Below the pieces are notes generated by a model. That model saw only the letters and a list, made by a program, of their open reading frames with translations, searched no databases and was not told the origin of the DNA. The position numbers and the translations under genes were made by a program. From assembly GCA_965197475.1 (NCBI GenBank), contig CBDANF010000003.1, forward strand, positions 928,001-992,000: 64,000 nt of DNA. The letters are read 5' to 3'. Source of the stretch: Candidatus Poribacteria bacterium (GTDB taxonomy: Bacteria; Poribacteria; WGA-4E; WGA-3G). Positions 47,393 through 58,157 of this stretch are shown piece after piece (the stretch's first letter is position 1; the number at the start of each line of letters is the position of its first letter).

Positions 47393-49303
47393 ATGAAGCC
47401 TCCAACGAAAAGTCCAATCACGTTACGTGCAACACTGATTGGCATTGCCCTCATTCCACTTAACAGTTATTGGATTCTACATCTCAGTTATATATGGGAT
47501 TCTAATCGTCCCACAAGTTTGGCGTTGCTGTTCAATGTGCTGTTTACGTTACTTGTTCTCATTGCGCTCAATACCTTATTGCGCCGGTTGCGCTCAACGT
47601 TTGCGTTTACACAAAGCGAACTGTTAACTATCTATGCGATGCTGTGCCAAGCTTCTGTTTTTGCTGGACGCGACATGTTACAAGTGTTAGTTCCGTTAAT
47701 GGGTAACAGCTTTTGGTATGCAACACCCGAAAACGAGTGGGCACAACTCTTTCATCAACATCTCCCTGACTGGCTTGTTGTCAGTAAGCACGATATATTA
47801 CAGGGTTTCTATGAAGGCGAATCCACATTTTATCTTCAAGCGCACCTACAGGCGTGGTTGTTACCAACGCTAATATGGGTAGGCTTCTGTCTCGTTATCG
47901 GTGTAACAATGCTCTGTCTCAATGTGCTTTTACGCAAGCAGTGGCAAGAGCATGAACGACTCACCTATCCGATTTCCCAACTTCCCCTTGAAATCACGCA
48001 AGGAAAAAACCGATTTTTCAATCGACGGATGATGACTGTGGGGTTGTGCATCGCTGCTGGACTGAACCTTCTCTATAGTTTACACCAAATCAATCCTGTT
48101 TTCCCTACAATTCCGCTCTATCACAGTTTCAGTCTCACCGAAAAGCCGTGGAGTGCAATGAATAATCCCGGATTTCGCATTAGTTTCTTCCCGTTTGCGA
48201 TCGGTGTTGGCTTCCTGATTCCACTTGATTTGGGTTTTTCCTGCTGGTTTTTTCATCTGTTTTGGCACTTTCAACGGATTATCGGTGAAAGTTTCGGGTG
48301 GCGCAGTGCTATTGGATTTCCGAGAGAAATGGCACAAATTCGAGGTGTGTGGATAGCCTTATTTCTCTGGACACTGTGGATGGGACGTTCACATGTTAAG
48401 GTCGTGTTGAAGACTGTGTTCGGCAGTCGTGCCTTAACTAATAGCGATGAAGGTGAGGCGTTGCGCTACAAAACGGCAGTGGTGGGAGCACTGATTGGAT
48501 TCATCTTGATTGTGGCGTTTTGTTTAAAAGCTGGGATGTCTCTGTGGTTTGCTGCGCTGTTCTTTGTGCTATATTTTGCAATGTCAATTACTATTACCCG
48601 CATCCGCGCGGAATTGGGTCCACCTGCACACGACCTATACAACGCGGGTCCTGACTTGCTATTGACAGATGCATTCGGGACACGACGTATCGGTAATCGC
48701 AACCTATCAGTGATGTCGCTGTTCTTCTGGCTGAATCATCTCTCTTATCGTGCGCATCCGATGCCGCATCAATTGGAGGCTTTAAAACTCGCACATCAAA
48801 CCCGCTTTAATGCCACGCAACTTTTGTGGGTATTAACGATCGCGATTTTTGTCGGTGCACTTTCGGCTGCATGGGGACACCTACACCTTTCTTATCAGGT
48901 TGGTTTAGAGAATGCACGTTCATGGTATGCCCGTGCAGCTTTCAATCGACTCGCTGGATGGCTCTATAATCCCAGTGACACGAACTTCAGCGGATTGTTG
49001 TATACTGCTGGCGGATTTGTTTTCGCTGGAAGTCTACTAATGTTGCGATGGCGATTTATTCAGTGGCCCCTACATCCTGTTGGATATGTTGTTTCAAGTT
49101 GGTGGACGTTTACCGGACTTTGGTTTCCACTTCTAATCAGTTGGACAGTTAAACGGATTCTGCTTTCAACGGGTGGTGTTCGGTTATATCGGCGTGCCAT
49201 ACCGTTTTTTATTGGTTTGGTTATTGGGGACGTTATCGTTGCATCTATTATTAGCATTTTTGGATTGTTCTTTGATTTTCGAGTCGTCTATCTCAGTTGG
49301 TAG
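47393..49303 (+). CDS. Polytopic membrane protein (DUF6785/OPT-like putative transporter)
   Basis: RKQWQEHERLTYPI, RIRAELG, WPLHPVGY and PFFIGL; many TM helices. Confidence 0.7.
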   Translation: MKPPTKSPITLRATLIGIALIPLNSYWILHLSYIWDSNRPTSLALLFNVLFTLLVLIALNTLLRRLRSTFAFTQSELLTIYAMLCQASVFAGRDMLQVLVPLMGNSFWYATPENEWAQLFHQHLPDWLVVSKHDILQGFYEGESTFYLQAHLQAWLLPTLIWVGFCLVIGVTMLCLNVLLRKQWQEHERLTYPISQLPLEITQGKNRFFNRRMMTVGLCIAAGLNLLYSLHQINPVFPTIPLYHSFSLTEKPWSAMNNPGFRISFFPFAIGVGFLIPLDLGFSCWFFHLFWHFQRIIGESFGWRSAIGFPREMAQIRGVWIALFLWTLWMGRSHVKVVLKTVFGSRALTNSDEGEALRYKTAVVGALIGFILIVAFCLKAGMSLWFAALFFVLYFAMSITITRIRAELGPPAHDLYNAGPDLLLTDAFGTRRIGNRNLSVMSLFFWLNHLSYRAHPMPHQLEALKLAHQTRFNATQLLWVLTIAIFVGALSAAWGHLHLSYQVGLENARSWYARAAFNRLAGWLYNPSDTNFSGLLYTAGGFVFAGSLLMLRWRFIQWPLHPVGYVVSSWWTFTGLWFPLLISWTVKRILLSTGGVRLYRRAIPFFIGLVIGDVIVASIISIFGLFFDFRVVYLSW

Positions 49304-49419
49304 TGTATCACAGGGTTTAGCCACGGTTATTGGATTCTCAAGTCTATTTATTCCGAAAGATTTAGAATAAAAAGTTATCTTGAAATTTTCAGGCATACCT
49401 GCTATTATTATTATTCATA

Positions 49420-50349
49420 ATGAATACAACAGACTTGTCACTCAGCGTGAATATTGGCGGGATTCGGATGCGGAACCCTGTGATGACTGCGTCGGGAACG
49501 TTCGGCTACGGCAGTGAATACGCGGATTTCGTAGACCTGAATCGACTCGGTGCGGTTGTCGTTAAAGGTGTTACAAGCGTGCCGTGGCCCGGCAATCCGA
49601 TGGACCGCATTATGGAAACTCCGTCCGGCATGCTCAACGCGATTGGGCTGCAAAATGTCGGGGTAGATGGGTTCATTACAGAAAAGTTACCTTATCTTCA
49701 AGATTTTGACGTTCCGGTGATTGTTAATGTCTGTGGCAAAACAGTTGAAGAATACTTAATAGTCGTAGAGAAGTTAAGCGAGGCGGATGGTGTTGCTGGA
49801 GTGGAACTCAATATCTCCTGTCCGAATCTAAATTGCGGAGGCATGAGTTTCGGTGTTGATGCGACTTTAGCACATCAACTTGTCAAAGCGGTGAGAGCGA
49901 AGACGCATTTACCGCTATTGGTGAAATTGTCGCCAAATGTCACGGATATTACCGAGATCGCACGCGCCGTTGAAGATGCTGGAGCAAATGCACTTTCTGC
50001 GATTAACACGTTGATCGGTATGGCAATCAACGCGGAGACACGCAAACCGGAACTTGCAAACGTCACGGGCGGTCTCTCAGGTCCTGCGATAAAACCTGTC
50101 GCTTTACGATTGGTTTGGGAGGTTTACAAAAGTGTTTCTATCCCAATTGTTGGGATGGGCGGTATTATGAGCGCGACAGATGCCGTGGAATTTTTCATCG
50201 CTGGGGCATCTGCTATCGCTGTCGGTACAGCGAACTTTGTCAATCCACAGGCATCAATGGAAGTCGTGAATGGCATCCACGACTATCTTGAGAAGGTGGA
50301 CATGAAATCAATAAAGGAATTGGTTGGGAGTTTGAAAGTCGGTGAGTAG
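49420..50349 (+). CDS. pyrD: Dihydroorotate dehydrogenase family 1 catalytic subunit
   Basis: ASGTFGYG, NAIGLQN, ELNISCPN, KLSPN and GGLSGPAIKP. Confidence 0.95.
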   Translation: MNTTDLSLSVNIGGIRMRNPVMTASGTFGYGSEYADFVDLNRLGAVVVKGVTSVPWPGNPMDRIMETPSGMLNAIGLQNVGVDGFITEKLPYLQDFDVPVIVNVCGKTVEEYLIVVEKLSEADGVAGVELNISCPNLNCGGMSFGVDATLAHQLVKAVRAKTHLPLLVKLSPNVTDITEIARAVEDAGANALSAINTLIGMAINAETRKPELANVTGGLSGPAIKPVALRLVWEVYKSVSIPIVGMGGIMSATDAVEFFIAGASAIAVGTANFVNPQASMEVVNGIHDYLEKVDMKSIKELVGSLKVGE

Positions 50350-50413
50350 TAATCGTTAAAATCTGGGTATGAAAGGGATAAAGCGCACATAGAACACGCG
50401 TTATAGGAGAACA

Positions 50414-51493
50414 ATGCGACATCTGGTAACACTTGACGAATTATCGAATTTTGAAATTGAGCAGATTTTTCGCCTCGCAGCAGGAATGCAGTCACAATTA
50501 GAGACGTGGGCAGGAATCTGTCGTAGCAAATTGCTTGCCACGCTCTTTTATGAACCGAGTACACGGACACGGTTATCCTTTGAAAGTGCTATGGAACGTC
50601 TCAACGGCGGAACACTTGGCTTCGCAGATCCAAGTTCTACCTCTGTCACAAAAGGTGAAACCCTCGCTGACACCGCACGGATGGTAACGAACTACGCGGA
50701 CATCATTGTCGTGCGGCACAGTTGGGCAGGTTCGGCGCGAGTCATGGCGAGTTACGCGAATATTCCGGTAATCAACGGCGGAGACGGCAGTCACGCACAT
50801 CCGACACAAGCACTCACGGACCTCTATACAATTATTCGACGGAAATCGCAGGTGCAAGATTTAACCGTTGGCATCTGTGGTGATCTTCGGTATGGACGCG
50901 CGGCACACTCGTTTGCATTAGCCGTTGCAAGATTCGGTGGAAACCTCGTCCACATTGCTCCAAATGGGTTACAGATGCCGCCATGGGTGCTTACGCGGTT
51001 AGCACAAATCCACGGGCAGAAACCCATTGAGGTAGAAAGTGTCACAGAAGTAATCGAAACGCTTGATGTTATCTATGTTAATCGACTTCAGGAGGAACGG
51101 CTTCCATCAAATGTAGATGCAGAAACGGTGCGCGGTAGTTATTTGCTGAACGCTGCAGTGATGAAAAGTGCTAAACCGGATGCGATGATTATGCACCCGC
51201 TCCCACGCGTCAACGAACTTGCTTATGAGTTAGATGATGACCCGCGCGCTGCCTATTTTGAACAATCTGCAAATGCTGTGCCGGTTCGGATGGCATTGAT
51301 TGCAAGTCTCATGGGGTTGGAACAACTTATCTTGACACAACCCCCGAAGCGAAACATCAGTGGATCGTCCCATCAATGTGAAAACGCAAACTGTGTCACT
51401 CATCACGAGACCTATCTTGCTCCAGAACGTGAAACGTTTAAGGGCAATACAGAGGTGCATGCATGTGCCTACTGTGGTAACCTGCTTTCGTGA
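50414..51493 (+). CDS. pyrB: Aspartate carbamoyltransferase with fused C-terminal PyrI-type zinc domain
   Basis: FYEPSTRTRLSF, HPTQ and MHPLPR, with tail CENANC...CAYC. Confidence 0.93.
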   Translation: MRHLVTLDELSNFEIEQIFRLAAGMQSQLETWAGICRSKLLATLFYEPSTRTRLSFESAMERLNGGTLGFADPSSTSVTKGETLADTARMVTNYADIIVVRHSWAGSARVMASYANIPVINGGDGSHAHPTQALTDLYTIIRRKSQVQDLTVGICGDLRYGRAAHSFALAVARFGGNLVHIAPNGLQMPPWVLTRLAQIHGQKPIEVESVTEVIETLDVIYVNRLQEERLPSNVDAETVRGSYLLNAAVMKSAKPDAMIMHPLPRVNELAYELDDDPRAAYFEQSANAVPVRMALIASLMGLEQLILTQPPKRNISGSSHQCENANCVTHHETYLAPERETFKGNTEVHACAYCGNLLS

Positions 51494-51532
51494 TAAATAT
51501 CAAAATCCGCTGTTTTCACACGCAAAGATAGC

Positions 51533-53089
51533 CTACTCATCCTCAGATTCTGCCGCTTCAGGTATTTTGGATACCAATCCATCTTTTTCTATGACTGCAT
51601 GACGTGCCATTCGCCATAGATGTCCTTTGGGACTCACTGACTGCCACCCACTCTCGTGTAATGAGACTGCAACAAAATCCTTCTCTGAATCAGGTGCGTC
51701 ATCGGGAAATATATCATGAGTTGTCCAGTTGGTATAGGTAACCGGTTCACCGCTATCCCATCGCCATTCACCCTCTTTGTCAACATCGTTGAGTCCAATC
51801 CAAAACGGTATATTACTAAAGATTACATCAAGCCAAAACTGTTCATCTTCGTTGTTGATTGATACGAGGTGAGCACCTTCCTTGATAGCCTTCCGTTGCG
51901 CATCGTGCCAATCTTGACATTGAATTTTGGCATAAGCGTGTCCATTTTCGGGGTTAATGATCCAGACTATTTTTGCTGGTTTAGCTGGTGGTCGGATGAT
52001 CGGTTTACGGACACCTTCATTGCCGGGAAGGTTTTTAACAAGACGACGGACTGTTTCCTCATCAAGTTCTTTAATCTTACCACTGGGTCGTTTAGCATCA
52101 ACTGGATTCCCATCAAGTTTTATAACAATTTTTTCAGGATGTACGTCTTTTTTGAGGAGAAAAGGTCCTGCCCCACCAGTGAAACCCCCATAAGTAATTG
52201 AAAGCGTATAATATCCCGGATCATCTCTGTATTGTGTAAAATTACCTTCAGCATCAGTGAAACAACTGGTTCCGTGTGTTCCACTGCCACCACCAAACTC
52301 TCCACCTGTGTAGCGCATAGAGAGGCGAGCTCGGACATTCGCAACAGAGGTGCCATCTGCATAAACAATCTGTGCACGTATTTTAAGACGTTGCTTAACG
52401 GTAATTTTGACATCTTCAAGGTGGATATCTGGTTTAAGTCCAAACATGAAACTCTCAATAGGACCCCACCTATCGGGATAGTAAAATGTGATCTTATTTA
52501 GACGAATGGAGATAATCGGCATTTCTGACTCCTCGCCACCCATTATAAATTCCATTGGAATATGCATTGCTTGTTGAGGTTTATTTGGGTCAATCTTCTC
52601 CATTGCATCCAACATTTTCTTTGGAACGGCTATTATTTGAACATGCCCTGGCAGAATATTGGTTGCACTGAAAGCACCTTCTGCATCTGTCTCCACCTTA
52701 GCCATGCTACGCGGCATTCCTGGTTGGTGTTTACCAACATGTTGTGCAAGTTGTTCATGAAGAAGATGCGGTGGCATAATCACCGGGTGAACATCACCTT
52801 TTACATTTTGCAGTGATAGAATCATGAAAGTGAATCCAGCTAAAGGTTTTCCCTCTGTGTCCACTACTTTGCCTGATAGTCCACTTGTCATCTGTTCATT
52901 AGGTTCTACAGGTTGCTCTTGAGCCACAACTCCTGTTACGGCGAACGACAGTATGAGTGTGTATGCTAATAGTATTTTGGCGGCATTAATACGTTTCATA
53001 GTCGTAACTCCTTGTATATTAATGTATAGAGTGCTATTCAGCATCTTCGTCTGGTATAGGTACACCAATAATGATACCGTCTTTTTCAA
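51533..53089 (-). CDS. Secreted carboxypeptidase-regulatory-like + C-type lectin domain protein
   Basis: Signal peptide (start probably MKRINA), SGKVVD repeat, and INPENGHAY...AHLVSIN...WIGLND...EGEWRW...YTNW. Confidence 0.85.
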   Translation of the reverse strand: MKKTVSLLVYLYQTKMLNSTLYINIQGVTTMKRINAAKILLAYTLILSFAVTGVVAQEQPVEPNEQMTSGLSGKVVDTEGKPLAGFTFMILSLQNVKGDVHPVIMPPHLLHEQLAQHVGKHQPGMPRSMAKVETDAEGAFSATNILPGHVQIIAVPKKMLDAMEKIDPNKPQQAMHIPMEFIMGGEESEMPIISIRLNKITFYYPDRWGPIESFMFGLKPDIHLEDVKITVKQRLKIRAQIVYADGTSVANVRARLSMRYTGGEFGGGSGTHGTSCFTDAEGNFTQYRDDPGYYTLSITYGGFTGGAGPFLLKKDVHPEKIVIKLDGNPVDAKRPSGKIKELDEETVRRLVKNLPGNEGVRKPIIRPPAKPAKIVWIINPENGHAYAKIQCQDWHDAQRKAIKEGAHLVSINNEDEQFWLDVIFSNIPFWIGLNDVDKEGEWRWDSGEPVTYTNWTTHDIFPDDAPDSEKDFVAVSLHESGWQSVSPKGHLWRMARHAVIEKDGLVSKIPEAAESEDE

Positions 53090-54317
53090 GGATTGCTTTT
53101 TCAGTTAAGCTTGCAGTCGGACTCCCTTCGCGTGCCCGTTGCCATTTTCCAGTCACCCCGATAAGGACAGAATAATTTTTACTCGTCTTCTCGTCCTTTT
53201 CAGTTGATTTATCGGACTTTGCTATGAGCTGCTGAGTGTCCCAATTAGTGTAAGTAACTGGATCACCATTATCCCACTGTTTGTCACCTTTTTTTACTCC
53301 GTCAGTGAATCCAATCCAATAGTTTTCTTTCCCAAAGACATCAAGTATCCATTGTTGTTCTTCCTTATTATTGATGGAAACGAGATGTGCACCTTGTTCA
53401 GTCGCTTGAGCAAGTGCTTCTTCAGGTGTTTGGCAATTGATTCTCTTGTACGCATGCCGATTTGCGGGGTTTATAGCCCACACACCTTCGGTCCGACGCT
53501 TGATGGCGGCTTGCATACGTTCTGGGTCACGAAGACGTACCGCTTGTCTTACTACCTCAGGTTTGCGGGGTTGAATGGGATTTTCCTTTAGAGTCAAGGT
53601 GAGTCCATCAAGTCGTTGCCCTTCTTCAAGCAATACCTCCTTTGATTCTACAGATTGCCCCCGAAATGTTACAGAGACAGTATAATATGCCGGACTATTA
53701 ACATATTCCACAAAATAGCCGTCAGCATCAAGGGAAGTTGTGCCGCTACTACGACCTCTGCCTGTTCCATCTTTGCTGCGGCTTTTTACACTAAGATTAA
53801 CCCTTGCACCGCTTAGTGGGGTGCCGTCTGCAGCAAGTACCTGTCCACGTATCCGCATCCGTAGTTTAACGATAATCTTCACATCTTTTATATCTGTTTC
53901 TTCTTCAATACCAAAAGGAAATCCCTCGTGACGATTAAACTGATGTGGGTGAGTATAGAAGGTTATCCCTTGCATTTCAAGGTAACGAACTTCATAGTCT
54001 GGATCGCGTTCAGGAAATAGAATTAATTTATTAACTGAAGGTGAAACAATGTTTTCAATTGAAAAAGCACCTGTTGCATCAGTATTACTCGGTTGCGGAG
54101 GTGGAAAGATAGGTTCTTGTCTATGCATATTGCGTCGTCCATGGATAAAGTTACCTTTGAATGAATTAACGCTAACGACAACATCGGGAACAGGTTTTCC
54201 TGATTCGTCAACAACTTTTCCTGAAATGGTTGCTGCAAAACATTGGATGGATGCAGCAAGGAAAATTGTTAAACTTCCTATCAAAACTGCTAATGAGGTG
54301 GAGTGAAAAAGGTTCAT
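53034..54317 (-). CDS. Secreted carboxypeptidase-regulatory-like + C-type lectin domain protein (paralog)
   Basis: Same architecture: INPANRHAY, AHLVSIN, WIGFTD and YTNW. Confidence 0.85.
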   Translation of the reverse strand: MNLFHSTSLAVLIGSLTIFLAASIQCFAATISGKVVDESGKPVPDVVVSVNSFKGNFIHGRRNMHRQEPIFPPPQPSNTDATGAFSIENIVSPSVNKLILFPERDPDYEVRYLEMQGITFYTHPHQFNRHEGFPFGIEEETDIKDVKIIVKLRMRIRGQVLAADGTPLSGARVNLSVKSRSKDGTGRGRSSGTTSLDADGYFVEYVNSPAYYTVSVTFRGQSVESKEVLLEEGQRLDGLTLTLKENPIQPRKPEVVRQAVRLRDPERMQAAIKRRTEGVWAINPANRHAYKRINCQTPEEALAQATEQGAHLVSINNKEEQQWILDVFGKENYWIGFTDGVKKGDKQWDNGDPVTYTNWDTQQLIAKSDKSTEKDEKTSKNYSVLIGVTGKWQRAREGSPTASLTEKAILEKDGIIIGVPIPDEDAE

Positions 54318-54436
54318 TGTGAATGCCTCCTTCTGTCAGGTTCGGCGAGTGTATTGAAATAAATTTGGGTCGTATAAAATTATTATACCTTATGTAGAAG
54401 TTATTGGCAATATTAAGGAGTAAGTAGCAGAATTAT

Positions 54437-54610
54437 TCAGTTTTCGTTTCCTAAACCAGAAGTGTGAGATAGTTCCTCAGCAATCGGATTTCCCCACTCA
54501 TCAACAACACGACCAGAAAATGTTCCAGCGAGACTCTGGGAGGATATAGCAAACAAAAACACGAGACTCCCGACAAGAACTGTCAGGGGTCTGAAATAAA
54601 AAAGTTTCAT
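54437..54610 (-). pseudogene. Truncated N-terminus of a further paralog
   Basis: MKLFYFRPLTVLVGSLVFLFAISSQSLAGTFSGRVVDEWGNPI matches the start of 53034-54317; GAGGAG SD. Confidence 0.7.
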
Positions 54611-54761
54611 TGTGAAGATCTCCTCTTATGAATAATGCGGTCGTAGGGACACTTTGTAAGCGGGTTTACAAAGTTGACGTAACTGAAGTCTTACTCTGTG
54701 TACCCATAGAAGCAATTTATGTGCCAAATCCGGAACCGCTGAATATACGGGAATCTCGGTA

Positions 54762-54796
54762 AAAAAATGAACCCTGCACAAAAACGTGCAGGGTTT
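54762..54796 (-). terminator. Probable intrinsic terminator downstream of the ECF gene
   Basis: AACCCTGCAC-N6-GTGCAGGGTT followed by CATTTTTTT on the minus strand. Confidence 0.6.
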
Positions 54797-54938
54797 GCTC
54801 ATGCTGCACATTATGGGATAAGTGCAAACTATTACCGAACTGATAAATCACTTTTAGTGTGAGGTCCCCGTTGAATACCAAACGCGCATTTAGCGGGATT
54901 CACGGTCCGCACTGCATTAGGTGTTACTTGGGAGGTAG

Positions 54939-57113
54939 TCATTTTGGAGCAATCGGTGCGCTATTAAACCTAAATATTAGATTGTCATACCGTTGCCCCG
55001 GTTCAAGACGGACAGGTTTAGCGGTTGCCTTAAGTCCTTGGTACTCTATCGAAAACGTGTAGGAGAAAGTAGCATCTTTCTCGTCCAAATAATGGACAAA
55101 ATAACCATCAGCATCTACCCAAAGTTTGTCCCTTGCACTACGCCCGCCATGTCCACTATGACCGAAGTTGTAAGTAAGTGTCAAACGATCATTAGTAAGT
55201 GGCGTTCCGTCTTTAAATAGGACACGTCCCTGAACATGCATCCTTGGCTGCACGGTGACCACTACATCCTTAATATGCGTTCCTGGTAAAACTCCGAAAG
55301 CAATTTCTTCAAAATCAACGCGCGGATAAAAGGTAATTCCGTTGATCTGGAGAGATAAAATTTCAACATCAGGTTCATAATCGTAATGACTTGTTCCGAA
55401 CCCGTAAGTCTCAAATTCCTTAATATATGGCTTTAATCTGTGAAACGGGAGTTGGTTAGCACGTGAATTAAAATCTTTGATAATCGTCTCAAAATCTTCA
55501 GGTAGGCGTTTATCTATGTTGTAAGGAAGGGCACCGAAATATTGTGGTACTGAAGTAACACCGGTTATGGAAAACCGACCTTCTACATCAGTCTGAGTAC
55601 GCCGTAACTGAGGATAACCGTCAGGTAATATTGCAGTCCAGAACATCTCATCTGGATCAATGTTATGGGGACCAATAAAAATAGGTAAATCAGCAACCGG
55701 ATTTCCATCTGGATCGACAACACGCCCGGTAAAGTTTCCCGTGCCTCTCTGTGCAATATAGTGGGGCGAAGATCCATGAGTGGCACTTTTCTGTTGAGCT
55801 TTCGCTCGGTTTTGTAGTGGATCTCGTACAGTAATTTCAACATTTGTAATGTCTTCACCTTGCTCCGTTTCAAGCACAATACCATTACTTCCACCCATTT
55901 TATTTGGAAAGAGATAAAGTTCACCGATCCGGACCTTTATTATTCTCGCTTCCGGTCTATAGAAAGGGAGTGTTCCTAACAGCACTGCACTTTGATTGAA
56001 GTCTCTGATTGTGAAATTGCCATCTCGGTTGATTTCCGCTGGAAACGCGAGCAAGCCACCATGAATGCTGGTAGGGTTACCGATCACAATTGGAAACCAA
56101 GCACCCCTGCCATCTTTGACAGGAAAAATAGCTATCTTGACATCGTCAATAGGCTTCTTTGCCTCATCAACAACGCGCCCGGAGGCAGAAGAGGAAAACT
56201 TGGCATTAGGACTTTGATTTGCTCCTTCGCTTTTATCTGGAGCATCCACGTTCCCAATCTGATTTCGCACATCAGGATCAGATGGAAGGTTCATCATTAC
56301 GGCTGCATCAACGATGTCTACTGTCATCTCGGATGTTGCGTCAAGGTTGTAGGGTTGCTGAAAGCGGGCAAGGTGTTGCGCACCGAGTCCCAGCATCAGT
56401 GCTACCAAAATGAGCGTTGAGGTGGCAATTACCCACGGCATGATCGGTTTACTTCCCGAAGGTGTAGCGGGGTCAATCTGTGCTCCAGTTTCTTTGAGAG
56501 TTCTGATTATATTCTCAGTTAAGGTGGTTGAGGGTTGGAAACTTCCCAAGGTTTCACGTACCATGTGATCCTCCTTCTGTAAACGTTGGCGGGCGCGATG
56601 GAGACGGCTTTTCACCGTGTTCAACGATACGCCCAAAAATTCACTTATCTCTTTACATGAACTTCCAGCAAGGTAATGGAGTGTCATGACGATCCGTTCG
56701 CTCTCTGGCAATTTTTGGAGGAGATGTTTGACAAGGTCAATCCGTCTTTCCGAGGCACGTTCTTCATGCTGTTTTGCCGTATATTCGGAATAGAGGTGTT
56801 CCTCAAGTTCTACTATCGGCACGGTTTCCAGCGATTGCATCTGAGGTGCTTTCTTTTCGAACCATGTGCTACACAAGCGATTCGCGATAACATAGAGCCA
56901 TCCTGCAAACAGATTTGGATTTTTCAACGTACCGAGTTTCCTATAAGCTCTCAGGAACGTGTCTTGTGTTATCTCTTCGGCAACATGGAAATCCCCGATT
57001 TTTCGCCATGCAAGTGCGTGTACCCGCTTTTGATATTTACGCACTAAGGTAGTAAACGCATCTTGATCACTAAATATGGTGCGATTAATCAGTTCAAAGT
57101 CGGTATTTTCCAT
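54939..57113 (-). CDS. ECF sigma-70 factor fused to TM helix and extracytoplasmic carboxypeptidase-regulatory-like repeats
   Basis: AEEITQDTFLRAY, FAGWLYVIA and TVKSRLHRAR; TM WVIATSTLILVALMLG; SGRVVD/TGRVVD repeats. Confidence 0.9.
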   Translation of the reverse strand: MENTDFELINRTIFSDQDAFTTLVRKYQKRVHALAWRKIGDFHVAEEITQDTFLRAYRKLGTLKNPNLFAGWLYVIANRLCSTWFEKKAPQMQSLETVPIVELEEHLYSEYTAKQHEERASERRIDLVKHLLQKLPESERIVMTLHYLAGSSCKEISEFLGVSLNTVKSRLHRARQRLQKEDHMVRETLGSFQPSTTLTENIIRTLKETGAQIDPATPSGSKPIMPWVIATSTLILVALMLGLGAQHLARFQQPYNLDATSEMTVDIVDAAVMMNLPSDPDVRNQIGNVDAPDKSEGANQSPNAKFSSSASGRVVDEAKKPIDDVKIAIFPVKDGRGAWFPIVIGNPTSIHGGLLAFPAEINRDGNFTIRDFNQSAVLLGTLPFYRPEARIIKVRIGELYLFPNKMGGSNGIVLETEQGEDITNVEITVRDPLQNRAKAQQKSATHGSSPHYIAQRGTGNFTGRVVDPDGNPVADLPIFIGPHNIDPDEMFWTAILPDGYPQLRRTQTDVEGRFSITGVTSVPQYFGALPYNIDKRLPEDFETIIKDFNSRANQLPFHRLKPYIKEFETYGFGTSHYDYEPDVEILSLQINGITFYPRVDFEEIAFGVLPGTHIKDVVVTVQPRMHVQGRVLFKDGTPLTNDRLTLTYNFGHSGHGGRSARDKLWVDADGYFVHYLDEKDATFSYTFSIEYQGLKATAKPVRLEPGQRYDNLIFRFNSAPIAPK

Positions 57114-57159
57114 GTTTCTTCTCCAAAATTGGTTATCTCATAATACAAGACGAAGTCAT

Positions 57160-58148
57160 ATTGAGTAAAACATAAGGATGTGGTAGAATAGGGAAAGAAA
57201 AGGATATAGTTTATGTCTCTTTTTTTCACTGGACATCCACATTTACTTTATGAAAGGTTTTATTATGGCAGACGAAACTCAAAAGGTTCCGAGATACAAA
57301 GGTATTCCCAAGCAGGTTTCCCACAAGGATTTTAATCGTTATATCTTGCCCCATCTAAAGAAACGAGTGAAAGGGCCAAAGCCCAAACTCTCCTTCTATA
57401 AGATATTCAACTATATCCTCTATGTTTTGCATACTGGCATTCAATGGGAGCGGCTCCGCACACGGCGTCCTGAACTCCATTGGTCTAATGTCTATAAATG
57501 GCATAATAGATGGTCAAAAGACGGCTCTTATCAGAAACTTTTTGAAGCGTCTATCATACATCTGCTTGATACCGATCAACTTGACACCTCTCAACTTCAT
57601 GGTGATGGGTCAAATACCGTCGTAAAAAAAGGGGCAATGGCATCGGTTATTCGGGACACAAACATCAGAAAGGTGAAAAAGAGTTGACCATCACCGACAA
57701 TCAAGGGTTCATCGTCAGTCCGATAACCACCAAACCGGTCAATCACCATGGGACAACGATTTTGCCCGAAGCATTCGCAGATTTTATCACCTTTACCCAT
57801 CGCATTGGGATGGATCTCAGCGCATCTGCGCTAACGCTGGATTCCGGTTTTGATTCCAAAGAGGATCATAAGATTATCAAAGAACAAGGGCTTATCCCAG
57901 TGATCTATCCGAACCGACGGAATGCCAAAGAACCTATTGTCATCGCTCGCAAGTTCCGGTGGTTTAGGAAAGATATGGACAAAAACCGATATAAAGTAGA
58001 GCGAACTTTCGGTTGGCAAGGGACTTATCGGAAACCCGCTCTTAGCTACGATAAACTTAAAGAAACCCGTTTAGGTTTTCGTTATTTAGCATATTCAATG
58101 ATAAACTTTCGGGGGACTTTCAACGATGCTTAGCTCGTACTCGCTATG
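57160..58148 (+). mobile_element. IS5-family IS with two-ORF frameshifted transposase (57250-57687, 57684-58133)
   Basis: LYVLHTGIQW, HGDGS, LDSGFDS and RYKVERTFGW motifs; A7G4 slippery site at 57624-57634. IRs are weak, so the ends are approximate. Confidence 0.8.
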
Positions 58149-58157
58149 AGTTCCCTA

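Noticed and set aside
54939-54941. Sec readthrough at the ECF TGA
   Set aside because: An in-frame TAA follows within five codons, and there is no Cys-equivalent context or SECIS.
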